NCBI GenBank assembly: GCA_001949185.1
Contig: BDGG01000006.1
Coordinates: forward strand, 478,827 to 542,826
Source: Ramazzottius varieornatus
Taxonomy: Eukaryota; Animalia; Tardigrada
DNA: 64,000 nt
Direction of reading: 5' to 3'
Position 1 is the first letter of the stretch, and the number at the start of each line of letters is the position of its first letter. Below are positions 27,918 to 39,769 of this stretch, one piece after another. Under the pieces are notes generated by a model that did not search any database, was not told the DNA's origin, and saw only the letters and a program-made list of their open reading frames with translations. The position numbers were made by a program, and so were the translations under genes.

Positions 27918-30843
27918 TTACGTGGAGACGGTTCTTCCCTTCCTAAGATTGAAAACGTAAATTACTTCTTCGAGTCCTTTAGTCTCCTTCGCAGTACCCA
28001 TAACACAAAAAACATTACCTCGCTGTATGTCAAGAGACAAGCGCTGTTTGAAATACTGAAGAGATCTAGTCTCAAAAGGAAACTCAACAAGCTTCTCCCC
28101 GATCGCGTTGATCAATTCCGTCGCTGCAGGTCCATAAGATCCGAAGGTCTCGAATCCCCAAGAAACGAAAAAGTACTGTGAGGCGATGCCTTGGTATTTC
28201 TGGATCTTTCTCTCTTCCGCGTCTTTGGCGGCAGCTCCCACCTTCTCGCTTGTCTTTCCGACGTAGAACTTCGCCAATGTATCTACCAAAGTCACATCCC
28301 AAACTAATTCCTTCCCATTCTTCCAAGGTATCATGGTCTTTCCATCAGGTCTCAGTCCATGGTCCCGCGAAAGTCCTAGTGGTTCCAGAACCGCCGAAAC
28401 TTGTGCTGAAACGAGGGCTCTTCGCACCGACTCGCTCAGACTAGCGTGCCTACTGTGGCGTCCCGCGCTCTTTAGACAGCTCAGACCGCGGAGCCCATAC
28501 TCGTCGACTACTTTTCCGCAGCGGCACATGTGAAGCTGACATAGTCTCGATCGTAGCCGCAGCCCAACGCTGATCCGAAGTGTGTTGTCGTCGAGGAGAT
28601 TGCCAAGTAAGGAAGCCAGCAGAGCGTGCAGCCATGTTCCGGAGGTCTTTGTCGAAACAGCCATCAGTCTTGCCTTGCTTGTCATATCGCTATGGTCCAT
28701 CGGACTTTCGAATTCCTCCGTCACCATAGGAAGGTTCCAGGCACACTGTTATCGGCGAAGAGCGGGAACAGGCAGTTCAGCCGAAGTCAGAAGTGGCCAG
28801 TGGTCCAGTCCGTCGTTGACGACGCTGTCCAGGTCGCTTTCCGGGTAGATGGAGAGCACCAGCGCCTGCACAGAGTGGATCGAAGCCATAAAGGCTGGGA
28901 GCGCGATCCTCTCTGTGCGTCTGATGCCCAGACCTCCCATACTAACGGACAAGGAAGCTTCAAGCCATGTGAAGCCATTCATACTTTTGTTCGTGATCTC
29001 TGCTACGCTGCGACGGAGGAGATCGTCAAAGGTTTGCAATGCTGCAGGAGCCTTCCAGTTGGGTGAGCAGCGAAGGACGTAGAGCAGCTTGGGGAGCCCC
29101 AGGAAGTTTTTCAGCATAAACAGCGCCTGGTGAGAGAAAAAATTTAGTCTTGATGTCAGTACAGACAACTTACTTCTCTTCAATGGCAGGCTCTGAGGCT
29201 TCTTGTAATAGCGGAGCTCCGAGGAGGGTGAGTTCCGCGCGAAACGGGGAGATGATTCCGGGACACACCAAGCTGAATGCCCTCCGTATACTTTCCCTTT
29301 CTCCTGCTGTGCCACCCTGTAGGGAGAGCTCAGTCTTCGACGGGTTCAGCTGGAGACCGATGCGAATCCCTTCAGAAATCAACGTACAGAAGTCCGCGAG
29401 TACCTTGCTGCAGTCCCCACCGATGGTTCCATCGTCCAAGTACCCCAGGTTGAGAGGAGAAGTGAGCTTGTTGGTGAGAACTTCGATGGCCAGACAGAAG
29501 GGCATAGGACCTAACGGATCCCCTTGCTGAACTCCTCTTGCTGAAGCCAGGATATGCTGTCCGTAGATGAGCCTGGAAGGAAACCTATAGCACTGCCAGA
29601 CGAAAGAGTGATAGTTCGGCAAGACTTCACGGACTAGATCCAACAGTTTGTCTCTATGGATCGTGTTGAAGGCATTTTTGAAATCGATCTTGAACATGAA
29701 CACGACAACTGTCATCTTCATTCTCAAGGAAACAACGAGCAGCGTGAACAGCCGCTTCCGCTCTGCCTCTTGTTCCACAACCCACTTGCTGAGGTGTAAC
29801 TCGCTCCTCCACCTGTTTGTCGACTCTCTTGCTGACGATCTTGGCAGAAAGACGGCGAAGAGTGTTCCCGACGGCGAACGGCCTGATACCACCATCTTTT
29901 TTCTTCAGCGCAGTGAGTAAAGCCCCGAAGAAGATGCTGGTGACGGAAGTGTTACCAGCCTGGCCAAACTTTCAGCCAGCGCCGTGGTGGTGCCATCTGC
30001 CGCGCCCGCCAGCATATCCTTCAATTGCTGGGGGCGCAAACAATCAATGCCTCCGGCAGAGCCGTTGGGGAAGCTATGCACGGCGGCCATGATCTCATCA
30101 ACCGTGATGTCATCAGGCAGTTGAGTTGGGTCGGGTGGTTCCGAGAAGCTCGAACCAGCTGCTTCTGCCGGATGCTTCGAGCGCAGAATCTCCAAGACTT
30201 CCGGCGATGGGACAGCAACGATGTCTTCGGAGCACAGGACTCTAAGGGCTCCACTGATGTCCGCATCATTCAGCTTCCCTTCAACGATCTTCTTGAGCGT
30301 TGCGTCCGTACTGTCCTTCTTCACTTTTCTCGCTTTCCCAGCTGAACCTACAACCATCCTTGGCCTAGAAAGATTCTCCTTCACTGTTGAAGTAAGGCTT
30401 TGCTTCTTCCCTTTTTGCGGTTCAGGTTTCTTTAGTCCCGTAAGAGCGAACAGGAGGAGCTCTCGCCAAACTACATCAGTATTCAGCTCGACCCCCTTTG
30501 TGATTCTGTCTGTCAGGCTTTGGGCTGCTAACTTCCTCGCTGCTTTAGGGATCCTGTGGAGTATCTTAGTGGAAGATCTCAGATTCTGAAGTAGCGATTC
30601 CAGGGGTAGGTCGGAGTCGACTCTCGGCAATACAGCTGTTTGAGGTATCAGCTGTCTGTCTTGGGCTGCGTGGGCGTCCCGTTTATTTCTTTCAGGTTGA
30701 TTTCTGCACTTCTGGCTACCGGATGACCTCTGAAGCCTCTTGCACTCAGAGTAACACCGCACTCCTTGCAAGTAACAGGAGGATCTTGGGAAGACATGAT
30801 GCAGGAGAGATCGATAAACCTGTAAGAGACTCAGAACTGGCAA
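27918..30843 (-). mobile_element. Decayed non-LTR retrotransposon, CRE-like clade (RT + CCHC + restriction-like endonuclease)
   Basis: Four consecutive broken ORFs: SAGGIDCLRPQQLK; RT motifs KIDFKNAFNTI, GVQQGDPLGP, YLDDGT; GGLGIR; C-terminal CRCG..GLSC..RH and RPDG..W..GK.LVWDVT (PD-(D/E)xK endonuclease), QRLSLDIQRGN. Frameshifts/stops lie between ORFs. 5' boundary uncertain (may extend past 31 kb). Confidence 0.9.
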
Positions 30844-32644
30844 TCTCGCTCTATCGATAAGATAATCAGCCTACGACTTGAAAACAACATACATGGGATC
30901 CAGGGGAACGCGTACCTTGCCCCTGGAGTTGTCTCCAAGATGTGATAAGCGGGCAGCTGTATTTGTGGGAGTAGAGGAATGACGGGGGAGGAAATCAAAC
31001 GATAGCAGGCTATGATAACAGCCCAAAACCTGATTAACTTAGCTTAGGACGTGGAAGAAGTTCAAAGATTTTCCCGGGAACTCTCGATTCCAATCTCGTC
31101 AGTTTGTTCTTGGGTATAAACCAATTCAGCGGCCTGCGCTACTTGGCTTCTCCGAGGAGGTGATCTCAACCACCTACGGAAAGCGAGGCAGTTAGCAGGA
31201 AACACGACACTTACCTTTTCACCAGACAATTTGATGCTCGTTGGCTCGAGGAGTAGCTCGGCAGGATACCGGATACGGAAAGGGCGATGAAAAGGATCGA
31301 AGGAGAATGTTCTCCGTACAGATTGCGTATAGACTGAGTATGATTAGTGATTGGCCACCAACTTAGTTACCCTCCGAATTCCTGCGTTTGGAAATGTCGC
31401 TGAATCGGGTCCATATCGCCAGCGCCAGATTGGATAACTTTGTGGGTGGCGAACCGCCGCCGGGAACGGCCAGGAAGGAAAACGGATCTAGGGAAGCTGC
31501 AAAGGAGGCTGTGGGGAAGCGAGAGCGCAAAGGCAGCCGGAAGTGGAAAACGTAGAAAGGCACAGACTTCCGCCACACTCCACAACATAAGATGAAATGT
31601 GGAACCGATAGTCCTGTCCCGCTCGCTTATGCTCCAGCTGTAAGTTGGTTACAATGCTCGACGGTACACGATGGTTGAAGGCATGAAGCTTGAAGGAGCG
31701 AAGGGCAGCAAAAGACGAAAGGCAAGTTCTCTTGAAGTCATGGAGAATCCGATCTAGGCTTGGCTTCAGATGTACAATTTACATTACACGGACCATCTGC
31801 GCGTAATGCTCATCATTCGGTTACGTTCTTTGTGCGATTTCTGTTTCTGACTTCCATACAAATTGTAAATTTGCCGTCTTTTCCGCCTGGCCCGTATTCA
31901 GTCAGCCAGGTATCGTCTTCGTTCACCTCCTCTTCCGAACGGTGGGCTTTGGTACCTATCTCCTCTACAGTTTAATTTTGAGCAGCTTCGTCACCAGCGT
32001 CGTCGTCGTCGTTGTGTTCCTCTTCAGATATCTTCGAGGGAGTCTTCTATCTTTGCAGAATATTACGGGACGGAAACTGGTCGGGTTGAGGTGGAGGAAT
32101 TACGTGATGTAAATAAATGGATGTACGAGTCCAGAAAGGTAATTCAAATGCTGTTTTATGACATCAGTATCTTATTTTATTATTATTCCGTTTCATTTAG
32201 TATTGTAGTTTGTGTTTTAGTTTAGTTTATTGTAGTCAGTATTCATTGTGGGATGTGTAAGATGTGTATGAGATTGAGGGAGTGTATTTGGTACTAAATG
32301 CGTCGATTCGAACCATGCAAAGGTCTTCTGCACAGGCTCATCAAGTGGGCGGAACTGCGCTCCACTGGCGCTTGATTCGAACTGCACTGTTTGTACCGCG
32401 ATTTCGAACTGCGTGTATTGGCGCTGCTAATTAATTGAAGAATTAATGAGAGCAAGTTCTGGCATTTGAAAAAACATTCGCAACTTCCTGAATATTTCGA
32501 GCGTTGACCTAACGGACATTCGCCGTTTCGATACGAGATGACGAAGAAGGGACAAGGTTGGATAAAACGGCAAAACATAGACACAGTGCGCCACCTACGG
32601 TTTTTGTGTACTTCTTGTTCTATTCCTGATTACAGAAGGCAATT

Positions 32645-32720
32645 TGCCTGTGTTAGAAACATCTCATTAGAAATGTATTGTTAGGCCGACATTTCTAATG
32701 AGATGTTTCTAGCACAGGCA
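32645..32720. repeat. Inverted repeat, 32-bp stem and 12-nt loop
   Basis: tgcctgtgttagaaacatctcattagaaatgt-(attgttaggccg)-acatttctaatgagatgtttctagcacaggca; a third copy of the arm at 32863-32885. Confidence 0.85.
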
Positions 32721-33999
32721 GAACCGAAATCGTGTCTGTGGGTCCACAGCAGCGCACGCCAGCGTCTTTGTGCGCTGCGCGCACCAGTAAATTGTGGTAT
32801 GACCATTACTCCAACATACGGAACGGTCTTTACACGGCCCCACAATACATTTCATTAAAAGAAGAAACATCTCATTAGAAATGTACTGTGTTCGCTCGAT
32901 GAAGTGTTTTCGATGATTTCTCTGATCATTCGTCTATTTTTTGTCAAATTTCAGTCGTGATCGGGTCGACTGTTCAGCGTGACTCTTTAAAGTTTGTTTA
33001 CTCTACGAGGCAGTGGGACAGAGGCTTAACCAGTCAAATTCCACCCTCTGCATGCAGAAGATATTGCGCTGGTCAGTAGAGCCCTTGTCCGTTGAATATT
33101 GCACTGCCTATCTCTTCATTGCGCTCTCTGCAGTGAAAATTGGCGCTTATACGGCACTAAAAGCCAACGGCTAGTATATCAGCATGCACAGGCCTAGTGT
33201 ACCCGGTGGCTCTCTCCGAAAGATGACAGAAACGCTGCTTCCGGTTTGATCCAACTAGCTTCGTAATTTTATATCTTGAAAACTATAAAAGTTTTCAAGT
33301 CAATTTTGCTGGTTAGCATGTAGGGAGCACATTGAACTATCTCACTAGACGGTTTTGAATTTGCGGTTGTCAACCCTTTCTGGAGGAATAACCTCCCCTT
33401 AAGAAAGGAAAACGGCGGAGGAGTAAGTCCTACAATCGATTCCTGCTTGTCCATTCGAACGAGGATCCCGTGAGGAACCAACCGTTGGTTCGGGAGACAC
33501 CGCACTAGGGGATTCTGGGTGTTAGTAGCAATATGTCCTATGAGTCTACTAAACTGCACATGTGTGCGCATCATATGTGCATTTCGATTTAGCCGATTAG
33601 CAATCAATAGAAAAAACATGCGTTTGACTGCTTTATTGATGAAATCGGCGTTGCGTTATTTCTCCTATTAATTGCCTGAATTTCTTGACAGTTGCAACCA
33701 TTTTTGGTCGATTGATTTTTTGATTGATCTTCATTGATTCTTGATGATCCAGTCCACCAGAAGTGATGATCGGATGGATCCGTATTGATGATCCAGTCCA
33801 GCTAAATTGATGATTGATATGGCTGACTCGGCTCAGTCTCAATCATCCCTTAAGTCGGGTCACGGCAGAAGTCCGGCCTGGCCCCACTGAGCGACTCGAC
33901 CGAATGAAAGGTCGGACAAAATCGCCAATCAACTGACGAACTGTCATACCAGATGGAAGTCCGACATGACAGTCGGACAGCCAGCCGCGTCGTATCAAG

Positions 34000-34679
34000 A
34001 ACAGTGTTGCTCTGATCATTACAATCGATAACTGAGAATGGCCAAAGACGACCGTTCCTGAGTTCCAATATGACAATCGAAATTTGGAATCCCTGGCTAG
34101 ACAATTCCAGTATTAATTAGAATGGTAATAGAATTCCGAAAACTGAGCAAATTAAGTTTGGTAATTAGAATCGAGAATGTGGCTATTTAAATTATTGAAT
34201 TTGCGCCCTACAGCGCGTTAAAACGAACGTGGGTGTCCCAAGTATCGGAGTTTCTGGGTGTCTGTAGCGCTTGATTGGGCGAATATGTATGCGTATGTGC
34301 ATGTCGCACGACGTATGGCACGAGGCTTACAGTTTTGTTTTGCGAATCACGCGCGGTGCATCGATGTACGCGCGAAATTCAACACTGGTTCCGATATTTT
34401 AACCTAACAACCCCCTAAGGGATGTTTCGCATGTATGACGACGTACGCGCAAGGCTTCAGGGAGCATTTCAAAGTACATGCTTCCATCAGAGCGTCCGTT
34501 TTCAATGCCTTGAGTGCAACATGTTTTGAGTTAAACATCCAACATCCACTCCACGCTTCTGAAACGATAGGCTTAAGTCGCTTTAAAACACGATATCTCG
34601 GGAATATTCAGATCCCAAAAATTAACCACAATAATTGAAATAATTTCAATATTTATTCCAATATTTCAATTGCTGATGC
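34000..34679. repeat. First unit of an old ~680-bp tandem duplication; the second unit is split into 34680-34764 and 40509-~40880
   Basis: 34003 gtgttgctctgatcattacaatcgataactgagaatggccaaagacgacc ~ 34683 gtgttgttccgatcattacaattgatgattgaaaatgaccaaaaacgacc; 34086 ggaatccctggctag ~ 40518 agaatcccaggctgg; 34352 cgcggtgcatcgatgtacgcgcgaa ~ 40690 cgcggtgcatcagcgtacgcgcgaa. Confidence 0.8.
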
Positions 34680-34920
34680 GCCGTGTTGTTCCGATCATTA
34701 CAATTGATGATTGAAAATGACCAAAAACGACCGTTTCGGAATTCGAACATGACAATTAAAATTAGGGTGATGCTATAGGCACCCCGATTTAATTCATTAA
34801 TTCAAACACCCCTTTAATGCGATATGACTATGGACACCCCTGTTTTTGAAATCAGTCTTTCCTTCTAAATTTTTGGCCAGATGTACGCCGTGTTACAACC
34901 GAATGTACTGTGGTATCGAG

Positions 34921-35530
34921 CATGCAGGAAAGAGAGAAAGTAGTCTCACTGCAGAAGTCACGTGCACCTAATAAAGTCATTGTCCGCGAAATGCAGAAGC
35001 TGACCGGTAAAGCCATCATTCCAAAAAACTTCGCGAACGTTAGGAGAAAGATTGACATCGAGGAAAGAGATGGACGGGATGAACAAGGAGTCTTGGATCG
35101 TGTGCTTGCTTAGTATCGGAAGAAAGATCCGAGGGAAAACAATGACGGCAGTCGTCAAATTGTCCCTATCAATAGGCGGCTCGTCCAGAACAAAAAAATA
35201 CGTGGTAGACCAACGTCCAAAGGGAACTTGAGAGAGGCACAGAAGTCTAACAACACGCAGCAAGTCAGGCTTTGAGCCAAAACTGCACGGCCCATTGGTG
35301 TGCTGTTTCGTGGCGGAGGTGGTGCAGAACGGTAACCCAAGCGGATTACTGTTTGTGAAAGGACCTGAACAACGCGAATGGTTAACCAGTGCAATTGAAA
35401 CCGGAACGTACTCGAAGTGCGACCAATGCCGTGGCCGAAGACCAAAAAACGAGTGGAACCCATATAAAAATCGGAATTAAGGGAGAACCTATGGTGGATC
35501 TGTAAAGGTTGTGTTTCAGTCCATGGAAAG
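34921..35530 (+). pseudogene. Probable internally deleted MULE transposase remnant
   Basis: NKVIVREMQKLTGKAIIPKNFANVRRK resembles, from memory, the region preceding the DDE domain in animal MULE/ZSWIM-type transposases; downstream KCDQC..W..WICKGC (across a frameshift) resembles a C-terminal PHD-like finger. Stops present; no DDE core seen. Confidence 0.5.
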
Positions 35531-37084
35531 TCCATCCAGATAGTCAAGCAGAAACAGAGTCATCAGGAACTTGTTGTACTGTGGTCATCTTTCGAAAGCT
35601 CCGTTGAAATATGTCAGAAAGATTCTCTAGACACTGGTCAGACACTGGTCGAACACTGGTAGATTACTGACAGCGAGTGTGGTCGGCGTTCCGTAGTTTA
35701 CTGCTAAAATTTGCAGCAACCTCATACCGTACACGTGCAAGATGCAGGCAGCCTACCGAATGACGCCTGCTGGGTGGTTGAACAGATTGCTTTCGCACAC
35801 CAGAAGTATTTCAACAATGCACTCGCCAACGTCTGACCGATAATTAGCCGAGATCTGGCAGTACTTTAGCAGTAAGCTCAAAGGACAGGGGCCAAATCTT
35901 TCTCAAAAACTAAGAAACGCGGTTGATAATCATTAAACGGATGGCCGTAAGAGAAGTGCAGTACACCTACGATCATGATTTAATATTCCAGCTAGTGAAA
36001 CCGAATATGTCAACCACACACTTGATACCCTTAGCTGATATACTGCCAAGTGGGGAGTCAGACTCAATGAGCGTTTGTTCTCTCATGTACGTAACAGTGC
36101 TGGATTAAGTGTTCGATCTAATGATGAACCAACATCATGGAAGGAACGAAGAGCTACGACTGTCGAAACTGAATTTATTGTGGGAACAGAAAGTTATGGC
36201 CAAACGAAGCGACTCTTGACCGATGCCATATTGTTATTCATCTTCTACTTGAAAAAGGCCCTGTTGATGGGGTCGGTAAGTGCGAAGATCTCGGTGACGT
36301 GACCTAAAAGGACGAATATCAAGATTACGGTTAGACTCACGAACAGAAAATATTTCAGACTTTCAGCATTTCATCAGTTTTGACACTGTAAAGTTACCGA
36401 TGACCGCGATTACAGCTGGCTCCTTCAAAATTGCGTCCGCCCCGCTTCTTCTTCGGGGATTTAGTCGCAAACACGCTTTCTTCTCCTCCAAGCATGTGTA
36501 GCACCAACTTCCACGCGTACTTTGGCCATCCGTTGTTTGGACACACTGCTTTGGGACCGTAATGTTGGACAAGATCTGCCAGAACTGTCTTCTTTATCCA
36601 GACGTCGTACCCAGATCGGATCTGTTGAGAACCAGGGGTCTGCTTCTTCTAGTAGAACGAAGAGACGATGCTTTGTAGCTTTTTCTGAACTGCAACACAA
36701 ATCCACTGTTAATTGACTATCAGACGACTAGCTTCCGAGTCTACTCACTGTCTTGCTCTTCGGTAGGTGTTCCAGCTTGAGACACGTTTCCCCGCAAAGG
36801 TGCAATATTACCTATATGGGTCAGGCAATTTTTCAGTATCGATATGGCGGAGGCGGTTGACAAAGGCTTACTCACTAGACGCTGGTGTATTTGAGCTCCG
36901 ATCTATACGTGGAGAATGCGCAGCTGAGCCTAGAGCAGAAATAATTAGGGTGCATTCGTCTGGCCAGCTTGTGCAATGTTTACCTCGAGCGGCATTATGG
37001 ACAGAATTCTCTGTTGCTGATGATAAGCCGACTGCTTAATCTGGAGTGTGGTCCCGGCTCAAGTTGACCACGGGAGAACAGAAG

Positions 37085-37400
37085 ATTCGAAAGTTGGGGA
37101 AACGAATTTTGCAGTCAAGAGCTGAAGTGATAAATCCAACTTTCGTGTCTTTCAAATTTCCATGTTAGTTTGCTGGACCGAGCAGCGTGGGGTCCAACTT
37201 TCGCAACTTTGAAGCTACGACAATTCAGCGTTCAGTGATTAAGGGTGAACCAAACGAACGGTTTAAATTCTCAAATGTTCGATAGTTGGAACACAAGATG
37301 CGCGATCAAACAAATTAACATGGACATTTCAAAGACACGAAAGTTGGATTTAGCGCTTCGCCGTATTCAGTAGCGGTCGATTTTCCAACTTTCGACAGTT
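37085..37400. mobile_element. Small fold-back (MITE-like) element nested in the MULE
   Basis: taaatccaactttcgtgtctttcaaatttccatgttagtttg (37131) is inverted as caaattaacatggacatttcaaagacacgaaagttggattta (37311); repeated ccaactttcg/cgaaagttgg. Confidence 0.65.
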
Positions 37401-37765
37401 TGTGAGTAGTATGACGTAAAATTTTTGAGCGAGAAATCACGTACGTTGAAAAAACTCCTGAAAGTTTCTTTCCGGAGAAGCACCTGGTAAAACTGGCAAT
37501 CCGAAACTAATTAGTACGCCAACGTTAACAGTCTACATGCTTACCGTCGTTTTCGCAATGTGCTGAGAGGCTACCTATGGAGAATCGAGTTCGAAAAGCG
37601 TTCTGGAAGTGAAGAGCACGATAACTTATTACCGTCGGCCAGATCTTCGTCCGTTTGGGACTGGGCTACTCCGCGAAGACGTTCAGTGTGCTTAGTTTCT
37701 ATCACTGGGCCAGCTGATTTCCGTTTAGAGGCACGAAGAGGTTTCAGTGCCTCATCGCAAGTCTA

Positions 37766-38207
37766 CTTATCATCGTAGACACCGCGGACTATGGTGGAGT
37801 AGTAGCCAGGCTTGCTCTTTTCCGTGGGGCCAAAGTACGCGACGATGTGGTCGCCAACCCTGAGCCCGTTCTCATCCAGGTGGCTTTCCTTGTCCATTCT
37901 GATCTTTACCCAGTTCCCACCTCTAACTTGGCCAAAGTTTATGGCTCGCATCTTCTGGTCGACAATTTTCTGAACTAATACAAAGTCTAAAAGAGATAAC
38001 TAAACGTACAAACTCTCCATCCATAAACAAATATAGTAAATATAGAGTTTGTAGCAAGTATCTAGAAAGATGGAGCTTACGTTTTGCGCTGCGATGGACG
38101 GTTGAAATGGCGTTGATTGTGGCATCTTCGTCTTCTGGAATGTTATCGGAATGTTGAGATGCATGAGATAAAGCCCTCGAGCTTCGTCGAACTCCTTGGG
38201 TTGACAT
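37766..38207 (-). pseudogene. Unidentified spliced gene fragment inside the MULE
   Basis: Coding-like segment MSTQGVRR..HRSAK followed by gtaag and an AT-rich intron, then KIVDQKMRAINFGQVRGGNWVKIRM..VGDHIVAYFGP..YYSTIVRGVYDD; no family recognised. Confidence 0.4.
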
Positions 38208-38569
38208 GATGAAAGTCGTAACTTGGCTAAAAAAGCTACAAAGAAAACGGCGAGAAGCTTTCCTAGTGCATTTGCAGTTCGCGACAGTGTTTCAAAGATA
38301 TGAAGCGTAAGATTGCGCAACCAGTCCGTCACAACATGTTTTCTCGGATTTCGACGACGCGTCAATCTCGCGCGGCAAGGGGCGGAAATGAAGCCATGAT
38401 GAAGGGCCATGCCGCCGCAGTGATTGCCTTAGATTTGCCGAATTCTACCACCTGACGTTCGACGCTGGTAAACACCTACGTACGGGTAGTCGCGCCGCAC
38501 GGGATCGCTCCGTATCCGATATACGGCATTAGTGCTCCGGAATAGTCCGTTCCGTAACCGTTTTGAAAG

Positions 38570-39252
38570 TTGTCATTCCCCGAGGACCTATCCAGGCGAA
38601 AGTTCTGCTACTTTCGTGCATCCGGGACAAGAATCCGTGCGTTTTCTTCGAGCCCAAAATACTCTACAGGTAAGAAGAGCACTCTTTTCTGTGGCGACCC
38701 TTACCTGCGTACGCTGTTACCTGCAGAAAATCACTAGTACTTTATTCAGGTGCGTGCTGGACTTGATAACACTGGACTGATTGACCAGTTCGTCGGTTCA
38801 TTTGCAGGTCCGCTGTCGAAAACGTCCCATCGGGTGACTACACCATTCCTCTCGGCAAAGCAGACGTTCTTCGCAAGGGAACAGATGTAACTGTAGTAGC
38901 GTATGGAACACAGATTCACGTGTTGAAAGAAGTGGCGAATATGGCGCAAGAAAAGCTCGGTGTGTCGTGCGAGGTAATAGACTTAAAGATCATCCTGCCC
39001 TAGGATGCGCAAGCCGTTTGCGAGTCCGTGGTCAAGACCGGCCGACTGCTCATCTCGCACGAAGCTCCGTTAACTAACGGGTTCGCTTCTGATATAGCTT
39101 CGTATGCGCAGAAAGAATGCTTCTTGAAAATGGAAGCACCAATAGAACGAGTGTGTGGAGGGGACACGCCATTTCCGCATTCCATGGAAGCCTTCTACCT
39201 GCCAGACAAATGGCGGTGCCTGGACGCGGTGAAACGCCTGAGCAAATATTAA
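38570..39252 (+). pseudogene. BCKDHB: 5'-truncated, intron-containing branched-chain 2-oxoacid dehydrogenase E1-beta pseudogene
   Basis: Exons 38570-38669 ([33 protein letters not shown]) and 38808-39252 (..[60 protein letters not shown]). TAG at 39001-3 replaces the conserved Trp; no N-terminal exons upstream. Confidence 0.92.
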
Positions 39253-39514
39253 AGGTTCGCTATTGTTATGATGTTCAGTTTTTGTCGGCGTTCATATTGT
39301 ATAAATTATAAAGTTGAAGTTTCATTTGGATCAAAGACTAGATATCTTCCCAATTTTTAGTTGCTCATTCAGATCACAGTTTTACTTCTCTTCCGTCGCA
39401 ATGCTCATGCTTCTACAGAATTTTATTGACTATATTGTTATAGTTTGGAATTTTAAATACGCAAAAAATGTCTGGTCTAAGACTTTCGAATGTTGCGAAC
39501 TTCAGAAATTCTAG

Positions 39515-39769
39515 GTTCCGTTTCTTCCTTCCTGGTTCTTAGAACGAAGGTGTCACCGCTGTCCTCAACAGGTAAACTGTACCCCAACACTCTGTTTTCC
39601 ATTTTGCGTAGGTCGTATTTGGTGATATTTTCATTTCAGACTCCGTATCGCCCTAGACGAGATCGTTCCAGACAAGCGCCGCTATCAACGTGAAAAGTAT
39701 TTCCGCTTCCTCGAGTCTTTCATAGACTACAAAATGGAAACCACTAAGTATTTGTACAATGACAATTAA
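39515..39769 (+). pseudogene. Possible captured last two exons of an unidentified gene
   Basis: ctag|39515-39571|gtaaa..ttcag|39640-39769 splices to EGVTAVLNRLRIALDEIVPDKRRYQREKYFRFLESFIDYKMETTKYLYNDN*, followed by AT-rich UTR-like sequence; an in-frame TAG lies upstream. Confidence 0.4.

Noticed and set aside
32582-32890. Transib/RSS-like ends (cacagtg ... actgtg)
   Set aside because: Only 6 bp of terminal match and no 5-bp TSD.
39001-39003. Stop-codon readthrough or recoding in BCKDHB
   Set aside because: The fragment lacks its N-terminal half and sits inside a transposon, so pseudogenisation is simpler; other genes here use TAG as stop.
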